From positions 1-28,461 of the forward strand of contig JAVZLH010000014.1 in assembly GCA_038883855.1 (NCBI GenBank): a stretch of 28,461 bases of DNA, read 5' to 3'. The notes under the pieces are model-generated. The model had not been told where the DNA came from, did not search any database, and saw only the letters and a list, made by a program, of their open reading frames with translations. Source of the DNA: Candidatus Bathyarchaeia archaeon (GTDB taxonomy: Archaea > Thermoproteota > Bathyarchaeia > Bathyarchaeales > Bathycorpusculaceae). The position numbers and the translations under genes are program-made. This document shows, piece after piece, positions 1 through 8,662 of this stretch. Numbering within the stretch: position 1 is the stretch's first letter; every line of letters begins with the position of its first letter.

Positions 1-2
1 TT

Positions 3-74
3 GAGTGGGTCAGATATTCGCCAGAAGAAATTGAGAAAGAATTCAAAGAAGCATCTGCGGCAGAGCAAAAATGA
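3..74 (+). CDS. C-terminal fragment of a small protein, probably UPF0175-type antitoxin partner of the PIN protein (partial, runs off window)
   Basis: Open frame EWVRYSPEEIEKEFKEASAAEQK*; its stop overlaps the next start (ATGA, 71-74); acidic tail and position upstream of a DUF3368 gene are typical. Confidence 0.5.
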   Translation, partial: EWVRYSPEEIEKEFKEASAAEQK

Positions 75-592
75 AGCTGCTTGTGTTCAATTCAACTCCG
101 TTAATCTACATAACAAAGATTGGGTTAAGCCGAATTTTTGAAGAATTGAAATGTGAAAAGTTAACTTCTCCAAACGTGAAATGTGAAGTTGTGGATGAAG
201 GCAAGCGTAAGGGTGTTGCAGACGCCATAGTCTTGGAAAAGTTATTTCAAAAGAGTGTTTTCAAAGTTGTAAAACCCAAAAACACAGGTTTCTTGGAAAC
301 TCTCTTACAAACGAGAGGGCTTCATATGACTGACACTGAAGTTTTAGCTATCGCGAAAGAGCGCGACGGAACAGCCATAATAGACGATGAGGTCGCGAGG
401 AAAACAGCAAAAATCTATGGAATATCCTACGCTGGAACTCCATACATTTTGGCAAAGGCGGTATCTCAAGGGCTTATTACAAAGGAAAAGGCGAAACAGG
501 CAATAAATGATATGGTTTTCGCTGGGTGGAGATGCAGTGTTGAAACTTACGCGAAAATTATGGAAAGCATAGAAAAGCTTGGGAAAGAATAA
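71..592 (+). CDS. PIN-domain protein, DUF3368 / VapC-like
   Basis: N-terminal VFNSTPLI, V..EV, E..A.A.E, IIDD..AR..AK..GI...GT motifs of DUF3368-type PIN proteins. Confidence 0.8.
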   Translation: MKLLVFNSTPLIYITKIGLSRIFEELKCEKLTSPNVKCEVVDEGKRKGVADAIVLEKLFQKSVFKVVKPKNTGFLETLLQTRGLHMTDTEVLAIAKERDGTAIIDDEVARKTAKIYGISYAGTPYILAKAVSQGLITKEKAKQAINDMVFAGWRCSVETYAKIMESIEKLGKE

Positions 593-594
593 GG

Positions 595-1074
595 ATGGGA
601 ATAGCTGGAAAACGGCAAGGTTTGCCCATTTCAGATGTTGCTGAACCTCTGGTTTCAGTTACTGATGTTAAGCATTATGTTTATTGTCCACGGCTTGTGT
701 ATTTTGATAGGGTTGAGCATGCTCAACCCGTTTTTGGCTCTCAGCAGGAAGAAAGCCAAGAACTGCATATGGATTATGTGCGTAAGGAGCTTAGGCGAAA
801 AGATGCTGTTTACTATTCTCCTGAATTTGTTGGCGCTGAGAAGCTTCTTTTTGTCCCGCTAGTTTCAAGAACTCTTCAGCTTAATGGCGTGGTGGACTGC
901 ATAATAAGGACGGTTAAGGGCGAGTATGTTCCAGTCGAGTATAAGAACATGAGCTCTGATAGGGGAAAAGCCTACATGGACCATAAGTACCAGCTTGTGG
1001 CATCAATTAAAGGAAAGAATGTTCCTTTATTTAAGGATTCGCTTAAAAAATTAAGTGGACCGGGCAGGATTTGA
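595..1074 (+). pseudogene. cas4: Cas4 nuclease, C-terminally truncated
   Basis: VTDVKHYVYCPRLVYF (first Fe-S Cys), GVVD, EYK and HKYQLVA motifs; similarity stops at ~1002 before the Tyr of QxxxY; the three C-terminal Cys are missing and the frame runs into the tRNA-like gene. Confidence 0.8.
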
Positions 1075-1127
1075 ACCCGCGACCCCCGAGTGCGAGTCGG
1101 CGTTCATACAAGCTGAACTACCAGCTC
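1056..1127 (-). tRNA. tRNA-Ala(CGC), degenerate or pseudo
   Basis: GAGCTGG TA GTTC AGCTTGTAT GAAC G CCGA CTCGCAC TCGG GGGTC GCGGG TTCAAAT CCTGC CCGGTCC A; G3.U70 Ala identity pair present, but A2/C71 mismatch, D-loop lacks GG and anticodon stem is only 4 bp. Confidence 0.7.
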
Positions 1128-1180
1128 ATTCGTCTTTAACCGGAATTCTGCTTTGGATTTAGGCTTTCTAGTGTCAGGTT

Positions 1181-1246
1181 GGGCTCAGGAGTATGCCCCC
1201 TTGTCATCTTTTGTCGGCGAAGAGAGGAGGGTTCCTTCATCGCCAT
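1181..1246 (-). ncRNA. C/D-box methylation guide sRNA (predicted 16S rRNA target)
   Basis: C CGATGA (1242-1237), D' CCGA (1217-1214), C' AGATGA (1209-1204), D CTGA (1188-1185); D guide GGGGCATACT complements 16S AGUAUGCCCC; BRE/TATA AAAGGCTTAAAAA ~25 nt upstream. Confidence 0.6.
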
Positions 1247-1382
1247 CCAGAAAATAGGTGGACTGTTTTTAAGCCTTTACTGCATGTGTGGTTGCATGAA
1301 CATGCGAAAAGCTTTTACAGAAGTACAGCTCAATGCTGTAGCGCCGCTATGGCACCATAATTTAGCGTTTCGGGGTTTTAGG

Positions 1383-2147
1383 ATGAGTGACCGTGTTGAT
1401 GTTGGTATTCCTGGAATGAACGAGATATTGAATGGCGGTTTGCCTAGGAGAAACGTTGTCCTCATGTCCGGGGGTCCGGGCACTGGCAAGTCTATTTTTG
1501 GCCAGCAGTTTTTATACGCTGGGTTTAGGCTTGGGGAGCCCGGCGTATTGGTGACTTTGGAGGAGCATCCTGTCCAGATTAGGATTAACATGGACCGTTT
1601 CGGATGGGACCCGAGGAAGTACGAACAGGATGGCAAGTTTGCCATTGTGGATGCTTTCACTTCGGGTATTGGTGAGGCGGCGAAGAGGGAACGCTATGTC
1701 GTTAAGGATCCCGATGATGTTCCAAGCTTTTTGGACGTCATTCGACAGGCGATCGCCGACTTGAACGCTCAACGGGTTGTCATAGACTCTGTTTCAACGC
1801 TTTACATGACCAAGCCGGCGCTGGCAAGATCCACCATTATGCTGATAAAGAAGGTTTTGGCAGGTTTGGGCTGCACAGGCTTCCTTGTTTCTCAAGTTAG
1901 CGTTACGGATAGGGGGTTTGGCGGTCCAGGTGTCGAGCATGCCGCCGATGGCATTATCCGACTTGACTTGGACGAGTTTCAGGGAGAACTCAAACGCTCG
2001 ATAATTGTTTGGAAGATGCGGGGTACAAGCCACTCTATGAGGAGGCACCCCTTCGACATAACAAGCAAAGGCATAGTAGTTTATCCGGATAAAACTATTA
2101 GGATAACCCCGAGAGGCTTTTTTGAAGGAGGAGGTGAAAGCCCATGA
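1383..2147 (+). CDS. KaiC-domain RecA-superfamily ATPase (PH0284-like, single domain)
   Basis: GIPGMNEIL, Walker [13 protein letters not shown], Walker [22 protein letters not shown]; likely start ATG 1383, not the 1179 ORF start. Confidence 0.9.
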   Translation: MSDRVDVGIPGMNEILNGGLPRRNVVLMSGGPGTGKSIFGQQFLYAGFRLGEPGVLVTLEEHPVQIRINMDRFGWDPRKYEQDGKFAIVDAFTSGIGEAAKRERYVVKDPDDVPSFLDVIRQAIADLNAQRVVIDSVSTLYMTKPALARSTIMLIKKVLAGLGCTGFLVSQVSVTDRGFGGPGVEHAADGIIRLDLDEFQGELKRSIIVWKMRGTSHSMRRHPFDITSKGIVVYPDKTIRITPRGFFEGGGESP

Positions 2148-2676
2148 GCGAAGTTGAGGTTCCCCTAAAACCCTTGGGCAGAGAGGACATCCAAAAACTT
2201 GAGGCAGTCCTCTTGCTTGGAACGGTTTCAAGGCAGGATGTTATCGAGAAAATGCGAAGCGAGACCCCAAAGACAGAATAACGTGGATAGACTCGCTGGC
2301 TATGGCGGCTGGAGCCATTGCGAGAGAGAAGGCTGGCATGACGGTTCCAAGGATATCCGACGAGCTTGGAAGAGGCGAACAGACAATACGCTCCCATTTA
2401 ACGGGGAAAACTGAGGCTGGAAAACTTGTAAGTGAAACCTATGAGATGCTAGTGCGCGGCGAGAAAGTCCTATCTTTCATGCTCAAGGAGGCTGAGGCTC
2501 CATCTAAGGAGGAGCTGGAGAAACTTAAACTTGAACTGGATAAAGAGCGAAGGGAAAAGGCTGAGCTTCAAGAGAAGCTGGCTAAACTTCAAGGCAAAAT
2601 CGAGAATGCAGTCAAGGCCTTGGAGGAGGTCGTAAACCAACTGAAAGCCCAAACTGCTAGGCTTTTTCCACCCTAA
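2144..2676 (+). pseudogene. KaiC-associated HTH regulator with C-terminal coiled coil, interrupted by one -1 frameshift near 2261-2272
   Basis: ATGA overlap with the ATPase; frame 1 [20 protein letters not shown]...KMRSETPKTE* (stop 2279-81); the -1 frame continues DPKDRITWIDSLAMAAGAIAREKAG...ELGR.EQTIR.HL.G. Confidence 0.75.
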
Positions 2677-3050
2677 GTTTTTCTCCCCCCTCCACTTTTT
2701 CAAGGATTTTCGGATCGTTTAGGATTTTCCCTATCACGTTTACTGGACTGTAGGGTTTTATTATGTTGGGGTTTGGACTTGAGAGGGTTGGCCCGAAGAA
2801 TAGGCATAGTGCTGGGCCTTCAGGGCCAGTAGGCTACGTCCCCATATTCCACGATTTCCTTAGCCTTTTCCAGGGTCACTTTGAAGGGTGCAGTGAAATA
2901 GATCTCTTTGCCCCAGAATTCAGCTCTCGCCTCGAAGGGTAAAGCCTTCATAAGGGCTTCGGCTGTTTTTGGATTTTTATTGAAGCGTATTTCGCATGTT
3001 ATGGTTATGCCGGATTCAAACGTGATTTTTATCCTCTCTTTTCGCTCCAT
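2657..3050 (-). pseudogene. Cyclophilin-like fold protein (DUF369/TM1367 type), +1 frameshift at CCC-TGA
   Basis: NPKTAEAL..ALPF, WGKEIYF, GDVAYWP*; the +1 frame continues EGPALCLFFGPT...PYSPVNVIGK...RVEKA* (stop 2659-2657). Confidence 0.8.
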
Positions 3051-3620
3051 ATATACGCCCTCTCCAGGCTATTCTCTCGTCAAATTTAATAGTGTCCTCA
3101 TGGCTTCCGTCACATATCTGGTGCATTTCTTCTCTCTTATCTGCTCCCCTTTAAATTTTTGTCTGCCTTCTGTTGTTGTTAGGTCGCAGTTTGGAGTTGC
3201 AGACCGCGTTTTTCTATTTGGAGAAGTATTGCCATTTGAAAATGAAATAACGTCTCTGACGTCGAAAATCTTAGCGATTTAATAGGATTACTAGTCCACT
3301 ACGGTGGAAAAGTCTACGTTGTTACACGTTCTCCTCTAGACTTAAAAAGCACTACACTTTCGTCATTATTCATTAAAAACAAGCCAGAATGCTTATGCAA
3401 CTTCATCACAAAAGATGCGAAATAAAATTCAATCCAAGACTTCACGCAAAAGCAACAGTAACTTCCCAAGGCGTGGTTTCCGTTCATTTACTCTAACAGA
3501 AAGTGGGCGGTTCTTAAATCTTGAAGAAGGACAATTTTTCCCAATGAGGGTGAATCTAAAAAGTATTACCTAAAGAAGTTGGCATGGGCAAAAGATCTTT
3601 TGAAAACCGTTCCAAACCAC

Positions 3621-4073
3621 TTAGCATAGAAGATTTAAAAGTCGCGCTTCAAAGCCTAAATGAACCCCGTAGAATCCACAAAGTTTTTCAATATCACTAA
3701 ATGAGACGATTAAAATATTATTTGGTCCGTGTAGTGACCTAAATTCTGCCAGCGCCTTCTCGAATCGATTTCTGATAGGTTCAACTTTATCCGTAGCCTT
3801 TTCAGCCTTGCCTCGTTTAACTACTATGAATCCATACGGTAATTTAGAAAGATTTGAAATATCTCCTTTCATGGCTTTTGTTGTTACATCAGTGACCTCA
3901 ATTTCAAAAGCAGCACACAGTTGCCTCTTCATACTAATTTTCCGCTGAAGCAATTTCCTGTATTGCTCATCCAAATCCTTTCGGCTTAGAACAATTTTTA
4001 AAAGTTCTTTATACCAATCGGGCGGCCGCGTATAAACCCTAAACAACTTCCAGCCAACGGGAAAAACCGACAC
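3621..4073 (-). CDS. Hypothetical protein, possibly the C-terminal part of a PD-(D/E)XK nuclease-like protein
   Basis: 150 aa ORF; AAFEIEV...K..KGDISNLS resembles restriction-endonuclease-like active-site strands; N-terminus uncertain. Confidence 0.4.
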   Translation of the reverse strand: MSVFPVGWKLFRVYTRPPDWYKELLKIVLSRKDLDEQYRKLLQRKISMKRQLCAAFEIEVTDVTTKAMKGDISNLSKLPYGFIVVKRGKAEKATDKVEPIRNRFEKALAEFRSLHGPNNILIVSFSDIEKLCGFYGVHLGFEARLLNLLC

Positions 4074-4255
4074 AAATCAACAGCCTTCTCCAACCACATC
4101 TGCCCACCCCACTCATACTTCGCCAAAAATCCCCGACAAACTTATTCCCCGCACAAAACACTTCACATCCCTCAACGAAACACTATAACCAAACCGCCGC
4201 CACCGCAACAACAACCACCAAACAAAAAAACAAAGTGACAAGACATAAACCTTTA

Positions 4256-4322
4256 GGTGTCAGTTCGCCCGTCGAGCCATATCATAGCCTTAAAGCTCTA
4301 TTGACTCTCCAGCTCATCATCC
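4256..4322 (-). ncRNA. C/D-box sRNA predicted to guide 2'-O-methylation of 16S C1402 (E. coli numbering)
   Basis: C ATGATGA (4320-4314), D' TAGA, short hairpin, C'-like CTATGA, D CTGA (4263-4260); D guide CGACGGGCG pairs with CGCCCGUC(G) and the D+5 rule lands on C1402; AAAGCTTAT promoter-like motif ~25 nt upstream. Confidence 0.7.
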
Positions 4323-4654
4323 AAAAGACAACAAGTAAAGCCACAAAAATAAGCTTTGTTAAAAGGCATCAGAATTTACGGAATACTCATTATCCATTAG
4401 CATGAAACGTTTTTCGGACGCTGACAGATGGGTATAGAGAAAAACACATTGAACTTCTGCTGAGGGATTTATTGCCTAACAAATCCTAGTCGAGAATCTT
4501 GCGAAAACCCCGCACCCTCGCTTTCTGACAACATTGTTGGATAGCCTCTCCAATGTGATGTTTTCAAAAAGTGCTCAACACATTAGTCAAGATGACGAAT
4601 ATAATAAAACTTAAGGCTTTTGCAGTGCAAAATAGAAAACGCGTGGTGAAATTT

Positions 4655-5176
4655 ATGGATGTTTTCGAAGCCATTAAAGGCAGAAGAAGCATAAGAGCCT
4701 TCCAAAGCTGTGATATTCCACAGGAAATTGTGGATAGGCTAATTGACGCTGCTCGTTGGGCGCCTTCCGCTGGAAACATCCAACCATGGGAATTCGTAAT
4801 CGTTAGAAAACTAGAAACAAAGCGGAGCCTTGCGGAAGCTGCTTTAGAACAAACCTTCATCGAAGAAGCGCCAGTTGTAATCGTTGTATGTGCCGATGAG
4901 AACCGTTCCTCAAGAGGCTATGGTATTCGCGGAAAAACCCTATACTGTTTGCAGGACACTGCAGCTGCCATCCAAAACATTCACTTAGCTGCCTACGCGC
5001 TTGGTTTAGGCACATGTTGGGTTGGCGCCTTCAAAGAAGACGAGGTAAGAAAAATCCTAAAAACTCCAGCTGGAGTGAGACCAGTAGCTATAATCCCAGT
5101 GGGTTACCCAGCCGAAAAACCACAACCGCGAAATAGAAGACCAATAAGTCAAATAACGCATTACGAAAGCTTTTAA
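4655..5176 (+). CDS. Nitroreductase family flavoprotein
   Basis: AI.GRRSIRAF, APSAGNIQPWEF, LGLGTCWVGAF, IIPVGYP; start ATG 4655 preceded by GGTGA. Confidence 0.93.
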   Translation: MDVFEAIKGRRSIRAFQSCDIPQEIVDRLIDAARWAPSAGNIQPWEFVIVRKLETKRSLAEAALEQTFIEEAPVVIVVCADENRSSRGYGIRGKTLYCLQDTAAAIQNIHLAAYALGLGTCWVGAFKEDEVRKILKTPAGVRPVAIIPVGYPAEKPQPRNRRPISQITHYESF

Positions 5177-5374
5177 GCAGATAAATTTGATTGTAGGTTA
5201 ATCATATTCTTGGTTGGTTTTCCTCCTTACAGTTACGGTAAAAACTGTCGGTGTTTGAAGCCACTATATGCATTGTTTGGTGTTACTTCAGACAGAACTT
5301 GGTCATATAAAGGCCGGTGTATCCACAGTTGAAATGGACGATATGAAGCTTTAATATTCCTTTTCCACATTTTA

Positions 5375-7150
5375 TTGTGGGGTTATTTGTTGAAGTATTC
5401 GGAAATTGCAGATGCTTATGAAAAAATTGAGGCTACAACCAAAAGATTGGAGATGACAGACCTTTTAGTTGACCTTCTTAAACGTACGCCTAAAGATGTC
5501 ATCGACAAAGTCGTATATTTGACGCAGGGCAAGATTTACCCGGATTTTGTTGGTATAGAAATAGGTGTGGCGGAGAGACTTGCGATAAAGGCTTTGGCGA
5601 GGGCTTCTGGAAGAAGAGAAAGTGAAATTGAAGAAGATTTACAAAAGAGCGGGGATATAGGGGCGACAGCCCAGAAAATGACTGCTGCCAAGAAACAGTT
5701 GACCTTCTTTCAACAACCCCTAACCGTTCAAAGAGTCTACGAAACCCTTGACAAAATGGCTAAGGCTTCGGGTTCTGGTGCGGTTGACACTAAAATGGCT
5801 TTGTTAGCTGGGCTTTTGGCTGACGCAACACCGAAAGAGGCGAAGTATATAATGCGTACTGTGACTGGAAATCTGCGTTTAGGCATTGCCGACATGACTG
5901 TTCTTGACGCTTTAGCCATAGCCTATGGCGGCAGTAAAGAAGCCCGCGAACTAATCGAACGCGCCTACAACATATCCTCAGACCTTGGAAGAGTGGCACG
6001 AGTTTTAGCCGAAAAAGGCTTGGAAGGAATTAAAAAGTTTGAAGTTTCAGTAGGCGAGCCTATACGACCAATGTTAGCTGAAAGACTTTCATCTCCAGAA
6101 GAAATTTTGGAAAAGCTTGGCGGAAAATGCATAGCCGAATACAAGTATGACGGCGAGAGAATACAAGCACACAAAAAAGGCGGAGAAATTATCCTGTTTT
6201 CTAGGCGTTTAGAGAATATTTCCAGCCAGTACCCAGACGCTGTAGAGCTCATCAAGAAGCATGTTAAGGCGCAAGACGCCATTTTAGAGGCGGAATGCGT
6301 CGCCATAGACCCTGACACTGGTGAAATGCAACCCTTCCAAGAGCTTATGCATCGTAGACGCAAGTATGGAATTGAAAAGGCTATGGAGGAATACCCCGTC
6401 TCTCTTTTCATGTTTGACGCGCTTTACATAGACGGCAAGGACTTAACCCTAAAGCCTTACCCAGTTAGGCGCAAAGCTCTCGAGAAGGCAGTTGAGGAAA
6501 GCGAAAGGGTGAAAATCGCCAAATGTATAATTACGGGAGACGTTAAGGAACTTGAAAAGTTCTTTCTCGAAGCCATAGAAGATGGATGTGAAGGCTTAGT
6601 CTGCAAGTCGATTGCAGAAGATTCTGTTTATCAAGCTGGAGCTAGAGGGTGGCTCTGGATAAAGTATAAGCGCGATTATAAAAGCGAAATGACAGACACC
6701 GTAGACTTGGTCGTTGTTGGTGCTTTTCATGGAAGAGGAAGAAGGGCTGGAACTTATGGTGCGTTGTTGCTGGCGGCTTACAATCCAGAAAACGACACGT
6801 TCGAAACGGTGACGAAATGTGGAACAGGCTTTACAGACGAGGATTTGGCGAAACTCCCAGAAATGATGAAAAAACACGTAATATCTCATAAACATCCGAG
6901 AGTCAACTCTGTTATCGAGGCTGATGTCTGGTTTGAGCCGGTTGTTGTCATTGAGGTTTTGGGTGCAGAAATAACCCTGAGCCCCATACACACATGTGCC
7001 ATGGACGCCGTAAGGAAAGGAAGCGGATTGGCGATTAGGTTTCCACGGTTTACTGGAAATTATAGACTTGACAAGGCGGCGGAAGATGCTACAAACGTAA
7101 GCGAAATAATTGAAATGTACCAGAAGCAACTTAAGAAAATTGTTGAATGA
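5375..7150 (+). CDS. lig: ATP-dependent DNA ligase
   Basis: Motif I EYKYDGER, EGLVCK, WIKYKRDY, RFPRF; true start may be a few codons later. Confidence 0.97.
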   Translation: MWGYLLKYSEIADAYEKIEATTKRLEMTDLLVDLLKRTPKDVIDKVVYLTQGKIYPDFVGIEIGVAERLAIKALARASGRRESEIEEDLQKSGDIGATAQKMTAAKKQLTFFQQPLTVQRVYETLDKMAKASGSGAVDTKMALLAGLLADATPKEAKYIMRTVTGNLRLGIADMTVLDALAIAYGGSKEARELIERAYNISSDLGRVARVLAEKGLEGIKKFEVSVGEPIRPMLAERLSSPEEILEKLGGKCIAEYKYDGERIQAHKKGGEIILFSRRLENISSQYPDAVELIKKHVKAQDAILEAECVAIDPDTGEMQPFQELMHRRRKYGIEKAMEEYPVSLFMFDALYIDGKDLTLKPYPVRRKALEKAVEESERVKIAKCIITGDVKELEKFFLEAIEDGCEGLVCKSIAEDSVYQAGARGWLWIKYKRDYKSEMTDTVDLVVVGAFHGRGRRAGTYGALLLAAYNPENDTFETVTKCGTGFTDEDLAKLPEMMKKHVISHKHPRVNSVIEADVWFEPVVVIEVLGAEITLSPIHTCAMDAVRKGSGLAIRFPRFTGNYRLDKAAEDATNVSEIIEMYQKQLKKIVE

Positions 7151-7308
7151 TCACTTGTAAGTGAAGTTTCCTTCTTTTGCGTTAAAGTTAAAAGAATTTC
7201 TGCCTCAAAATTAGCCGGAGAAGGCGTCGTCATCGAAGTAGCCTAAAATCATGCTGGAGTCCAAAGGTTTCATAAAGGAAAACCTATCTTATATCCTATT
7301 GTGGAGAA

Positions 7309-7890
7309 ATGATGTCCAGCGACGCCGAGAAAATAAAGGGGCTTTTAGCCTTTAAAAAGAGGCTTGAAGCAAAAATTGAAGCCTTAGAATCTGAACTTAA
7401 AGAGTTGCGAGTAGCACTTGAAACAGTTAACTCTATTCTCTTAGAGAAAGGGTTTAAACGCGTAGAAGTTGTTGTTCCGCCACAAGAGGAAGCAGTTGAA
7501 ACTGCGCCGCCTTTTCCCACTCAAACTCCGAAGAAACATGAAAAAAGTTTTCCGTTGAAGACGGCTGGCGGGGAACTCCTCGCGAACCTTTTTGTTGAAG
7601 ACGATTCTTTGAGGGTTGTGCCAGCTGAAGACAAGGATTTCAACGTTAACACGCCGCCCTTCAACCAGTTCCTGATAGAGAAGGTTTTTTTGAAAATGCA
7701 AGAGAAAGATGCTGAGCTTGCCAGAACTGGACGGTTGCCTCAGGAAAAAATTTTCTCCTTCAATATTGTAAGGGAAGGCGACGTAATCCGCGAAATAATT
7801 GTTAACAATGTGGATGCAGAACGCTTGAAAGAGCTTAAATCCAGCATTCGTTGGACTTTTGAGAAAATGTATGAGAAAATGAAGGGTTAA
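7309..7890 (+). CDS. Conserved hypothetical protein (N-terminal coiled coil plus globular domain with TPPF motif)
   Basis: 193 aa clean ORF; heptad N-terminus; architecture recalled from TACK hypothetical proteins. Confidence 0.7.
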   Translation: MMSSDAEKIKGLLAFKKRLEAKIEALESELKELRVALETVNSILLEKGFKRVEVVVPPQEEAVETAPPFPTQTPKKHEKSFPLKTAGGELLANLFVEDDSLRVVPAEDKDFNVNTPPFNQFLIEKVFLKMQEKDAELARTGRLPQEKIFSFNIVREGDVIREIIVNNVDAERLKELKSSIRWTFEKMYEKMKG

Positions 7891-8453
7891 GTGCGTCTGT
7901 CAAAGTATATGCTTTTTCCCTTCGCTGAGATGGGAATGCCCATGGCAACAGTTGCTTCCGGCAACATTCCCAGCCTCAAAGCCGCCGTGCCAGCTCTATA
8001 CATGATGCGGTTGTCAACATTTAACACGCTTGCAATTTTTACAGCGGAACCTAAAGCGATTCCGAGGTCCAAAGCCTTAAAAACACATGTTGGACCAACA
8101 AAATCTTCGCCTTTACGCCTTTCAGCAGCCTCAAACTCCTTGCAGCTTTTGTAGCCGCAAGCTCCACAGTTTAATCCAGTGATGCGGCCTCCTCTAACAC
8201 CGATTAAAACAACAGCCTCTGAATCCCTAACGTTTTTTGCATCTCGCCTAAAACCTTCTAATTTCCGCTCTTCGCCTATCTTCTCCATTTCAGCAGCAAT
8301 ACGGTCTTTATCTTCGCCGTAAACAATTAGTGTTAGGATGTCGTCTACGCCAAGGGATTTAGGCGCTGTTCTTGCAGCAACTAGCATGATCTTTGCAGCT
8401 TCTAAGAGCGCCTCTTTCTCTGCGGTTTCGCTTCCGATTTTTGGCGGTGTCAT
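7887..8453 (-). CDS. DUF2148 ferredoxin-domain protein
   Basis: AARTAPK, NCGACGYKSC, C....DLGIALGSA, VDNRIMY, S.KGKSIYFDR. Confidence 0.88.
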   Translation of the reverse strand: MTPPKIGSETAEKEALLEAAKIMLVAARTAPKSLGVDDILTLIVYGEDKDRIAAEMEKIGEERKLEGFRRDAKNVRDSEAVVLIGVRGGRITGLNCGACGYKSCKEFEAAERRKGEDFVGPTCVFKALDLGIALGSAVKIASVLNVDNRIMYRAGTAALRLGMLPEATVAMGIPISAKGKSIYFDRRT

Positions 8454-8514
8454 AAGTCACGCAACCCCATTTTAGATTTGTTAATGAATTCAAAACTGTT
8501 TATAAGGTTTAGGT

Positions 8515-8655
8515 TTATGCTATAACTGTCTTAAAGGTTGTTTTCAACATTTCCACTATCAAGTTTAACTGTCCAGTAGATATGCCCACGGCTAGTAAGG
8601 AAACTCCGAAGAGCAGTAGGAGTCCGCCTATAACCCTTCGCTCTGCCACGTCCAT
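8515..8655 (-). CDS. Small (46 aa) single-TM membrane protein, not in ORF track
   Basis: MDVAERRVIGGLLLLFGVSLLAVGISTGQLNLIVEMLKTTFKTVIA*; ATG 7 nt after the thioredoxin stop. Confidence 0.6.
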   Translation of the reverse strand: MDVAERRVIGGLLLLFGVSLLAVGISTGQLNLIVEMLKTTFKTVIA

Positions 8656-8662
8656 AATTTTC

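Noticed and set aside
1179-1382. 68-aa N-terminal extension of the KaiC-like ORF
   Set aside because: Family similarity starts at ATG 1383; the extension overlaps an antisense sRNA and promoter motifs
2908-3282. 124-aa + strand ORF
   Set aside because: Overlaps the cyclophilin-like gene antisense and its promoter region; no protein-like features
3215-3310. ATGA...CTGA pair and TCCAC-N4-GTGGA palindrome
   Set aside because: Too short, expected by chance, no complete box set
5321-5338. TCCACAGTTGAAATGG resembling an ORB element
   Set aside because: Spacing deviates, single copy, no G-string and no cdc6 nearby
7200-7280. Possible third C/D sRNA on the - strand (CGATGA...CTAA)
   Set aside because: Boxes degenerate and no recognisable target
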